A stretch of 33,101 nucleotides of DNA from Chiloscyllium plagiosum. Its lineage: Eukaryota. The stretch is taken from assembly GCF_004010195.1 (NCBI RefSeq), contig NC_057718.1, forward strand, positions 53,101,593 through 53,134,693, given 5' to 3'. Position 1 is the stretch's first letter; the number at the start of each line of letters is the position of its first letter. Of the stretch, positions 1 through 8,739 are shown piece by piece. The position numbers were made by a program, and so were the translations under genes. Under the pieces are notes generated by a model. The model was not told the origin of the DNA. It saw nothing but the letters and a program-made list of their open reading frames with translations, and searched no databases.

Positions 1-240
1 GGGGAGAGAGTAGCATAGAGTACAATGGGTGACTGGGGGAGGAGATGAAGGTGATCACCCATTGTACTCTATGCTACTCTCTCCCCACCCCCACCCTCCC
101 CTAGCTTATCTCTCCACGCTGCAGGCTCTCTGCCTTTATTCCTGATGAAGGGCTTTTGCCCGAAACGTCGATTTTGCTGAAGCTCCTCGATGCTGCCTGA
201 ACTGCTGTGCTCTTCAAGCACCATTGATCCAGTACCTGCA
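1..240 (+). mobile_element. Penelope-like element terminus (pLTR) in a head-to-head inverted pair; left arm runs off the window
   Basis: 1-32 is the exact reverse complement of 55-86. The right arm continues into CTGATGAAGGGCTTTTGCCCGAAACGTC and a GATGCTGCCTGA-x-CTGCTGTGCT tail like the copies at 18345, 22460 and 26890. Confidence 0.85.
142..169 (+). ncRNA. Minimal type I hammerhead ribozyme core
   Basis: CUGAUGA (142-148), stem II GGGC-UUUU-GCCC, GAAAC, then GUC cleavage triplet; palindromic ACGU in place of stem III. Confidence 0.8.
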
Positions 241-660
241 TCTTGTGTCCATTTTATCAAGTTCTGATGGCTTATCAATTAGGAGTATTATCAATCTCTC
301 GAATATTTCCTCTTTATCAATTTTTAGCCAAATCATGTCCTGACTATGTTTTTTTTCACAATTACTTTCGTAACATCTTCTTCCTTGACGATGACGGATG
401 CAAAGTTTTCACTTTATAACTCATCCATGCCATCTGTGTCCATGCATAAATCTCATATTTAGTTCGTGATTGCTCCTCCTCATCGTGGAACATACTTTTA
501 GTCATGAAAAGTGGCATCCTCATCATGTTACTAGTAAGTTGGATAACATTCTTCTGGACGATATCCAGACTGGTTGCCACAAGAGTCATCTTCAGTTCGC
601 AACTATTGTAAGTAGCAATATCAGCCCTGCAGATTGTTTCTGATGCTCATCCCTTGTTCT
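241..660 (-). mobile_element. Old CR1 LINE ORF2 fragment (region between endonuclease and RT)
   Basis: Minus-strand translation gives DEL*SENFASVIVKEED and IDKEEIFERLIILLIDKPSELDKMDTR, resembling CR1 LNEYFASVFTxED and LKxDKSPGPDxIHPR. The upper boundary is approximate. Confidence 0.6.
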
Positions 661-812
661 AGAGGTTAAATAGGACCATCTGCCCAATGACAATTTAGCC
701 TAAAGCCAATTCATATTGCTTGAAATTTCTCCACCGACATTATCAGAACCAACATATACAGTTAAAAATCACACAACACCAGGTTATAATCCAACAGGTT
801 TAATTGGAAGCA

Positions 813-847
813 CACTAGCTTTCGGAGCGACGCTCCTTCATCAGGTG
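813..847 (-). ncRNA. Minimal type I hammerhead ribozyme (mirror copy)
   Basis: Exact reverse complement of 865-899. Confidence 0.8.
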
Positions 848-864
848 ATAGTGGAGGGCTCTAT

Positions 865-899
865 CACCTGATGAAGGAGCGTCGCTCCGAAAGCTAGTG
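865..899 (+). ncRNA. Minimal type I hammerhead ribozyme
   Basis: CAC-CUGAUGA-A-GGAGC(GUC)GCUCC-GAAAG-CUA-GUG: intact core, 5-bp stem II, 3-bp stem I, AGCU palindrome at stem III; predicted cleavage after 896. Confidence 0.8.
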
Positions 900-1002
900 T
901 GCTTCCAATTAAACCTGTTGGACTATAACCTGGTGTTGTGTGATTTTTAACTTTGTACACCCCAGTCCAACACCGGCATCTCCGAATCATAACATATACA
1001 GT

Positions 1003-1465
1003 GTCATACAGTCCTATAGTTGTACAGCACAGAAACAAACCCTTCGGTCCAAGTCATGCAGACCAGATATTCTAAATAAATCTACAGCATTTGGCCCATA
1101 TTCCTCTGAACCCTTCCTATTAATGTACCCATCCAGATGCTTTTGTTGTAATTGTATAAGCTTCCACCACCTCCTCTGGCAGCTCATTCCATACACGCAC
1201 CACTCTCTGTATAAAAGTTGCCCTTTACATTGTTTGTAAATATTTCCTTTCTCACCCAAAACCTATACCCTCTAGTTTTGGATCCCATAAGCCTGGGAAA
1301 AAGACTTTGGCTATTCACCCTATCCACCCCCCTCATGATTGTAGGAACCTTTATAAGGTCACCCCTCAGCCACCAACAATCAAGAGAAAATAGCTTCTGT
1401 CTATCAGCCTCTCCCTTTAGCTCAAACCCTCCAACCAGGCAATGTCCTTATAAATCTTTTCTATA
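1003..1465 (-). mobile_element. CR1/HER1-type LINE 3' end
   Basis: Homologous to the + strand copy at 31630-31938 (ORF2 C-terminus with HLDGYxNRKGxExYGP, 3' UTR and short-repeat tail). Confidence 0.85.
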
Positions 1466-1902
1466 ATCTATATGGACTTCAGCAAGGTATTTGACAAGGT
1501 CCCTCATGGGAGATTAGTTAGCAAGGTTAGACCTCATGGAATACAGGGAGAACTAACCATTTGGATACAGAATTGGCCCAAAGATAGGAGACAGAGGGTA
1601 GTGATGGAGGGTTGCTTTTCAGACTGGAGACCTGTGACCAGTGGAGTGCCACAAGGACCGGAGTAGGGTCCACTGCTTTTCATCATTTATATAAATGATT
1701 TGGATGTGAACATAGGAGGTCAAGTTAGTGAGTTGCAGATGACTCCAAAATTGGAGATGTAGTGGACAGCAAAGAAGGTTACCTCTGAGTCCAATGGGAT
1801 CTTGATTAGATGGGCCAATGGGCTGAGGAGTGGCAGATGGAGTTTATTTTAGAAAAATGTGAGGTGCTGCATTTTGGAAAGGCAAATCTGAGCAGGGCTT
1901 AT
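1466..1902 (+). mobile_element. CR1 LINE reverse transcriptase fragment (left part of an interrupted copy)
   Basis: ORF MDFSKVFDKVPHGRLVSKVRPHGIQGEL...VTSGVPQG, followed by ADDSKIG and WQMEF...KCEVLHFG in shifted frames. Confidence 0.9.
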
Positions 1903-2139
1903 TGCAGTAGCATTAGTCCTCACCATCTGATTCTTACATATGTCCTTATACAGTACTGCAGTAACAAATCTTTCACCTATGTTCTATGATCCTGAGATAG
2001 ATAGCTTACTAACTTATCCCACTCCTCAAAGACTTCTTCATTTTTTAATCTATTTTGAGGCACCTCAAAATCCACATTATCTGGGTTTGATTCCTCATTC
2101 CACAAGAAACTAACACCTTTTTATCCAGTTCCTTCTCTT

Positions 2140-3310
2140 TAGTATAATACGGTTTCAACATGTTCACATGACATACGCAATACCTTTTTTATCTATCTGG
2201 CATCTTTACCAAATAGTCCACCTGACTCAACTTTTTCTCAATTTGATAGGGACTACTAAGCCTGGCTTTGAAAGAATCTCCTGATGCTGGTAACAATACT
2301 AACACATTATTCCCTTGGGAAAACGTTCAAGTCTCAGATCTGCCACTTCCTTCATTCTATACTCTTTAGGAACTGTTTAGCTAACTCACCTACACTATTT
2401 AATCTCTTTCTCACCTCCAATACATAATCTATGTGTGAGATCTCTGACTTTGGTCGTGTCAATTTTTCTTTAATTAATTTAAAAGGACCTCTCAGTTCAG
2501 GCCCAAATATTAACTCGAAGGGAGTAAACTGAGTAGATTTGTTTGGGGCATCTCTCATGGCAAATAATACGAATGGGATACCATTACCCCAATCATTTGG
2601 GTAAACCTGACCGTATGGTCTCAATATGGTCTTCAAGGTCTGATGCCACTCTTCTAAAGCTCCCTGGGATTCAGGATGATACACACTGGATTTAAAGTGC
2701 TGTGTACCTAAGTATCCATAACCTCCTTCAACGGTCTAGCAGTAAACTTAGACGCTTGGTCTGACTGAATCTCTCTGGGTAGCCCATACCGTGTGAAGAA
2801 AGCTACTAATTCCTCTACTACCCTTTTTGCCTTGATACTCCGTAATGGAATTGCCTCTGGAAATCTGGTAGACACACCCATCATGGTTAACAAGTACTGG
2901 TTCCCACGTTTAGTTCTTGGAAGGGGACTTACAGAATCAATTATAACCCACGTGAAAGGTTCTTCAAATGTGGGAATTGGCAACAAAGATGCTGGTTTTA
3001 TTACCGCCTGTGGCTTACCTACCATTTGACATGTATGACACATACAGCAAAAGTTAACCACATTTTTGTGCATTCTAGGTCAATAAAAATGTTTTTGTAC
3101 CTTAGCCTGAGTCTTTCATACCCCTAGGTGATCTCCTAAAGGTGGTTCATGTGCTACCCCTAACACACCTGTCTGTATGCTACTGGCAATACAATCGGAC
3201 CATTTCTCCTCTGCACTAACCTGCCATGATCTCCACTTCTGTCTTAGGATTCTATCTTTTGGATAATAACCCTCTGGAATATTCTCAGCCTCTTCTTGCT
3301 GTTGCAAGTC
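2140..3310 (-). pseudogene. Gypsy integrase (HHCC zinc finger, DDE core, GPY/F-like C-terminus), frameshifted
   Basis: AHEPPLGDHLGV, CCMCHTCQ, WVIIDSVSPLP, IQSDQASKF, YHPESQGALEEWHQTLK, TPFELIFG, CHVNMLKPY. Confidence 0.9.
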
Positions 3311-3544
3311 TCTTAGCCTCTGTCTGTTCAGGCTTTTCCTGCACCATTACATCAAACAGGGTGTCTGCAAACTGAGCCTCCATTCCTTCATCTTTCTCTT
3401 TACTTTTCACTTCGTGCTGTGACTTGTGATAATGGGATCTGGTTACTGCACAATCTGGAAAAATACCAGGATATTTCTGTTTTAACTCCTCAATTTCTTG
3501 TTTTCCTTGGGCTTCGCCACAACAAGGGGTGTCACTCCCACATA

Positions 3545-3800
3545 GGATCCTGCCAAATCATTCCCAAGAACAAACTGAATTCCTGGAACTGACACTCTGC
3601 CAATCACTCACACTGTATCTTCCCCAGTCTTGAGTTGCCACTCCAACTTGATCTTACATCGACAAACGGTAACTTTCTATCCATCTGTCCCACAAATTAC
3701 CACACTCTCAGGTAACAGATCAGAAAGAGTGCATATTTGCTTGTCTCTTACTATCAGCGACTGGTTAGAAAGTATATCTCTCAAAATTATAACTTCTTAT
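3545..3800 (-). pseudogene. Degenerate retroviral-type aspartic protease
   Basis: VIILRDILSNQSLIV (decayed LRDTG motif) and downstream QFVLGNDLAG. Confidence 0.65.
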
Positions 3801-5217
3801 CCTTTTTCCCCTGTTCTTTCTGAATAAACTTTATACACAAGGGCAAATTCTTTGTAGAGGTCAGGTACTAACTCCGTACCCAGCCCCTGCCTAGGCTGTG
3901 CACTCTCCTGCAGCTCTTCGGCTCTTCTTGGGGTCTCCTTTACTACCTTCACTAATGCCGCTGGCTTGGCTTCTTTTACCACATCTTTTCCCATGGTGCC
4001 TTTCTTTAATGACCAGCACTGTGACTTTACATGTCCCACTTTACCACAGTAGAAACACCTGAGGCCTTTCACCTCCTTTCCACCCTCTTGGGCTTCTTTT
4101 TTTATCCTGTGGCAAATTCTTACCAGTGCTCTCTACCCCTGGTTTAGTATTGTAGGATCTCCCCTTCTCCCAATTTCTATACCTCACAGGACGAAATTCT
4201 GGCCAGAAGCTTGTCTTATGCACCAACATATATTCATCTGCTAGTTCTGCTGCCATTCTCTCTTTCTGAACTTTCTGTTCCTCCACATGAATTCTTACCA
4301 TCTCTGGAAGTAAGTTTTTAAACTCCTCCTGAAGCATAATCTCTTGTAGAGCCTCAGAGGTCCTATCTATTTTCAAAGCACACACCCATCTATCAAAACG
4401 ACTATGTTTAATTATTTCAAACTAAACAAAAGTCTGACCTGTTTCTAAACCGCTGTTTATATGCTTCTGGTACCAATTCATAAGCACTTAACCGCTACAT
4501 AATCTCTTCACCCCTCCGCTGACAGTGCGGCAAATACCTCACGAGCTGTGCCTACCAGTTTAGTCTGAATTAGCATTGCCCATAAATCCTCAGATCACTC
4601 CATCTGCCCAGCCAATTTTTCAAATGAAATAAACAAGGCTTCAACATCATTCTCATCAAAATGTGGTGGAGTTTTGACATGTTTGTATATATCACTACCT
4701 TCTCTTTTAATTTCCATCTTGTTGACTTCACATTGCTGACTAAGTCGCAACTTCTCAAATTCAAATGCTCTCTCTTTTTGCTCAGCTTAGAAGCTTCTCT
4801 CTCTTTCTTTTCTCTCTCTCTCTCTTCTCTCTCTTCTCTCTCTCTTTCTCCCTCCCTTTATTCTCTCTCTCTTTTCTCAGCCAAGAAACTTCTCTCCTTC
4901 TCTTTTTCCTCTCTCTCCCCTTCTCTTTCTCTCTCCCCCTCTCTCTTTCCTTTCTCTCTCTTTGTTTATGTTCTAACTCCATTTTCCTTAATTGTAATCT
5001 AAGTTTTTCTATCTCTACTGCACTTGTCTGTTTCTCTGACACCTGTTTTTGAGTAATTCCCTTACAATTTCATCTTTACTTTTGTCCTTGATTAAACTTA
5101 ATCTAACTTATTTGCTAATTCTAAAAGTATGGCCCTATTCTTTCCTTCAAAACTTTCTTGCCAAATCTGAGAATCATCTTCAAATCCCAGAACCTCTTTA
5201 ACAATTTTAAGATCCAT
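3801..5217 (-). pseudogene. Gag polyprotein (E/R/K coiled coil, SCAN-like capsid region, CCHC zinc knuckle), frameshifted
   Basis: ATG at 5217 (MDLKIVKEVLGF), LSAYELVPEAYKQRFR, EIMLQEEFKNLLPEMVRIHVEE...AAELADEY, CFYCGKVGHVKSQC. Confidence 0.85.
4765..4960. repeat. CT-rich imperfect microsatellite inside gag
   Basis: Long (CT)n/CTT tract encoding the ERERK-rich segment on the minus strand. Confidence 0.9.
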
Positions 5218-5314
5218 CTCTCTCACTTTTAATTTAATTAACCACAAGTCGCCGAAATTAAACAAATTGCCTTACCTACATTTTATTCAAAGATCTCGGA
5301 CACTAACTTACAAG

Positions 5315-5461
5315 TGTTTAAATCTGCTGGGATTTTTCATACCCCTAAACCTACTCAAATCTGTCTAAACCAGTTCAAATCCCAAATCCAAGACCCAAAC
5401 TGTTCAAATCATGGACAAAAGCTCCCCAAACCATTTAAATCACAGTAATGAGCCCCCAGAC
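5315..5461 (-). repeat. Primer-binding site (tRNA-Pro type) plus a tandem array of degenerate PBS-like units
   Basis: Minus strand TGGGGGCTC (5458-5450) lies 3 nt after the LTR. On the + strand, 20-36 nt units read T(T/C)(C/T)AAATC...CCC(C)AAAC, resembling the tRNA-Pro 3' end GTTCAAATCCCGGACGAGCCCCCA. Confidence 0.65.
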
Positions 5462-6190
5462 TGTTATGACATTTGGTAAACCCTCCTGCTTAATTTACAC
5501 CAGCAACACAGAAAAGATTTATCCCTTGCAGTAATCTGTGAAAACCTGAGAGGCTAAGGAGTATATAAATTAAAAATTAACAACTTTATTTCTTAAAGTA
5601 TAACAGAGAATAATTAACTATTTACAACTCCTTCCTCTTGCTGTTCTTATACCTTCCTTTCTATAATACTAGTCCGATAATTCCCCCCCCCCCCCGAAAT
5701 TTAAAGGTTTACCTAAAGTTCAAGTTTTCAAAATCAGCCAGACATCAAGTCATCTCTTCCTTAGTCTTCTTTTCTTCTTCTGAGGGATTTCTGCTTCACA
5801 GGTCACTGATCATCAAGGTACCTTGAAGAAGTTTTTCTTTATGGGGGGGGGGGGGGGGGGGGTCATTTTCTACATGCAGGTGGCTTGGCAGTTCTCCTTC
5901 CAACTGTTCAGGTTTGCCTGGTCTAATACCCCCAAACCATCAAATTGTGTCATTGGCTTATAAGATTGTCAATACACTAAACTCAAACTTGATTGGAAAT
6001 TGGTATTTTTTGGGGTATAAATTAAACTGATTGGCCTATTTCAAAGTTGTTTTTGTCTCCAGGCAACCAGCTACACTAACTGCTGGACCACATGCTACAT
6101 TGTATCTTGTTGAGAACACTTGGTGCTGTCAGGTAGTTGTGCTAGCTTTTAACTTTCTTAAAGCTACAATTCACCCACATCTTCATGACA
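5462..6190 (-). mobile_element. 5' LTR (~729 bp) of the Gmr1-like element
   Basis: Inverted termini TGTTATGA / TCATGACA, minus-strand AATAAA at 5590-5585, adjacent PBS. Confidence 0.85.
5952..6034 (-). promoter_or_regulatory. Cluster of CCAAT boxes in the LTR U3 region
   Basis: ATTGG at 5952, 5992, 5999 and 6030 (CCAAT on the element strand), upstream of the LTR poly(A) signal. Confidence 0.4.
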
Positions 6191-6350
6191 CTTATACACT
6201 TAATGTCAAGATCCTAGGGAGTGTTGCTGAACAAAGAGACATTGGGAGTGCAGGTTCATAGCTCCTTGAAAGTAAAGTTGCAAGTAGATAGGATAGTGAA
6301 CAAGGCATTTATTATGCTTTCCTTGATTGGTTAGAGCATTGAGTAGAGTT
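6191..6350 (+). mobile_element. CR1 LINE, continuation of 1466-1902
   Basis: Resumes where the left part stops (YTLNVKILGSVAEQRD); the same junction is uninterrupted in the minus-strand copy at 8445-8635. Confidence 0.88.
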
Positions 6351-7358
6351 CAAAGCTTGTGAGAAGATTTGTAGCTCGGGTGCTCATTGTTGTGGTTCTG
6401 TTCGTCGAGCTGGGAATTTGTGTTGCAGACGTTTCATCCCCTGTCTAGGTGACATCCTCAGTGCTTGGGAGCCTCCTGTGAAGCGCTTCTATAATGTTTC
6501 CTCTGGCATTTATAGTGGTTTGTCTCTGCCACTTCCGGTTGTCAGTTCCAGCTGTCCGCTGCAGTAGCCGGTATTATGGGTCCTGGTCGATGTGTTTGTT
6601 GATAGAATCTGTGGATGAGTGCCATGCCTCTAGGAATTCCCTGGCTGTTCTCTGTTTGGCTTGTCCTATAATAGTAGTGTTGTCCCAGTTGAACTCATGT
6701 TACTTGTCATCTGCATGTGTGTCTACTAAGGATAGCTGCTCGTGTCGTTTCGTGGCTAGTTGGTGTTCATAGATACAGATTGTTAACTGTCTTCCTGTTT
6801 GTCCTATGTAGTGTTTTGTGCAGTCCTTGCATGGGATTTTGTATACTACGTTGGTTTTACTCATGCTGGGTATCGGGTCCATTGTCCTGGTGAGTTGTTG
6901 TCTGAGAGTGGCTGTTGGTTTATGTGCTGTTATGAGTCCTAGTGGTCATAGTAGTCTGGCTGTCAGTTCAGAAGTGTTCTTGATGTATGGTAACGTGGCT
7001 AGTCCTTTGGGTTGTGGCATGTCCTCATTCCATTGTCTTTCCCTTAGGCATCTGTTGATGAAATTGCGGGGCTATCCGTTTTTGGCGAATACATGTAGAG
7101 GTGTTCTTCTTCCTCTTTTTGTAGTTCTGATGTGCTGCAGTGTGTTGTGGCCCTTTTGAACAGTGTCTTGATGCAACTTCTTTTGTGTGTGTTGGGGTGG
7201 TTGCTTTCGTAGTTCGGGACTTGGTCTGTGTGTGTGGCTTTCCTGTATACCTTTGTGGTGAATTCTCTGTTCGGTGTTCTCTGTACCATCACGTCTAGGA
7301 ATGGGAGTTGGTTGTCCTTTTCTTCCTCTCTAGTGAATCGGATTCCTGTGAGTGTGGC
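6351..7358 (-). mobile_element. Penelope/Poseidon-type PLE, 5'-truncated (RT thumb, GIY-YIG endonuclease, pLTR)
   Basis: LPFLDVMVQR...KVYRKATHTDQ...NHPNTHKRSCIKTLFKRA, and NVVYKIPCKDCTKHYIGQTGRQL...EH (GIY-YIG). Confidence 0.9.
6425..6464 (-). ncRNA. Minimal type I hammerhead ribozyme
   Basis: Minus strand GCA-CUGAGGA-UGUCACC(UAGACA)GGGGAU-GAAAC-GUC-UGC; 3-bp stem I GCA/UGC, imperfect stem II. Confidence 0.7.
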
Positions 7359-8370
7359 ATGGACCTAACAAGGGATTACGGAGGGAATGGTCTCTGCAGA
7401 ATGCAGATAGGGATGGGGAGGGAATTATATCTGGTAGTGGAGTCTGTTTGTAGGTGGTGGAAATGGCAAAGGATGGGTTGTATCCGAAGGTTGGTGGGGT
7501 TGAAGTTGAGGACATGGGGCGTTCTAGCCTTGTTGTGATTTGAGTGGTGGGGTTCAAGCGTGAAGGTGTGAGAAGTGGATGAGATACGCTGCAGGGCATT
7601 GTTGACCATGTGCCAGGGAGAGGGAATTGTAGCCTTTGAAGAAGGAGGCCATCTGGGAGCTGATGTGGCTGAGGCAGAGGAATTAGGAGTAAGAGATAGC
7701 ATTTTTACAGGAGGGGAGGTGGGAGGAGGTGTAGCCCAGGGTAGCTGTGGGAATCAGTGGGTTTGCAGTAGATATCTATGTTGAGCCGTTTGCTGGAAAT
7801 GGAGAAGGAAAGGTCCAGGAAGGTGAAGGAGGTGTCCAAGATGATCCAGGTGAACTTGAGGTCAGAGTGGAAGTTGTTCGTGAAGTTGATGAACTGTTCA
7901 ACCTCCACATGGGAGCACAAAGTGGCACCAATATAGTCATTAATGCAATGGGGGAAAAGGTGGGGAATACTGCCAGTGTAACTACGGAAGATGGACTGTT
8001 CCACATACCTGAAGAAGAGGCATCCATAGCTGGGGCCCGTGCAGGTCCCAATGGCTACCCCTTTGGTCTGAAGGAAGTGGGAAGATTAGAAGGCGAAGTT
8101 GTTGAGGGTGAGGACCATTCAGCAAATTGAATGAGTGTTTCAGTGGAGGGGTACAGGCTGGGTCGGTGGGAGAGGAAGAAACCCGAGGGCTTGGAGGCTT
8201 TCGTCATGGTGGATGGACATGTACCCAGACTGGATGTCCATAGTGAAGATAGGACAATGGAGGCGCAGGAAACAGAAGTCATGGAGGAGGTGGAGGGTAT
8301 GGGTGATGTCCTGAATGTATGGGGGGACTTCCTGGACTAAGGGGACAGGATGGTGTCAAGGTATGAGGAA
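7359..8370 (-). mobile_element. Second PLE family (Neptune-like) RT fragment
   Basis: Decayed GPSYGCLF, CINDYIG (YIDD region), LKFTW, FLDLS, DIYCKPTDSHSY; homologous to 17241-17780 on the + strand. Confidence 0.85.
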
Positions 8371-8444
8371 ATACCTGACCAAGAAAAAGTATGCCTAACA
8401 TCTTCAATATCCTATCTACCTGTGACTCCAACATCAAGGAACAA

Positions 8445-8635
8445 TGAACCTATGCTTCAGGGTCTCTTTGTTTGGCAACACCTCCAGGACCTTACCAATA
8501 AATGTATAAATCCCATCTGACCAAAATGCAACACCTCACATTTAGCTAAATTAAACTCCATCTGCCACTTCTCGACCCATCGGCCCATCTGATCAAGGTT
8601 CCATTGTACCCTGAGATTAGCTTCTTCACTCCTCG
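8445..8635 (-). mobile_element. CR1 LINE RT fragment
   Basis: QWNLDQMGRWVEKWQMEFNLAKCEVLHFG. Confidence 0.88.
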
Positions 8636-8739
8636 CAGCATATTGCACTTGTAGTGGAGAATATTTTGTGTCCAAATATGAAATGTAATGTAGGAAGCAG
8701 GGTCACAAATCACCACAAAACTTTAGGGCAATGCTGTGG

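Larger units (their letters stand above)
763..990 (+). mobile_element. Palindromic PLE-terminus insertion with a hammerhead on each strand
   Basis: 91-bp inverted arms 761-851 and 861-951 with 1 mismatch, 9-nt spacer, one-sided tail 952-990, flanking direct repeat AACATATACAGT at 751-762 and 991-1002. Confidence 0.9.
1903..6190 (-). mobile_element. Gmr1-like Ty3/Gypsy LTR retrotransposon, 3'-truncated (5' LTR-PBS-gag-PR-IN; no RT/RH, no 3' LTR)
   Basis: Integrase follows protease directly (Gmr1 domain order). It splits a CR1 copy, with CTTAT on both sides (1898-1902, 6191-6195). Confidence 0.88.

Noticed and set aside
362..589. Possible host exon (75-aa minus ORF ending near a GTAAT donor-like site)
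   Set aside because: Another frame shows CR1 ORF2 motifs (NFASVIVKEED), and there is no good acceptor.
4661..5052. Plus-strand Ser/Leu/Phe-rich ORFs as membrane proteins
   Set aside because: They are the antisense of the gag CT microsatellite.
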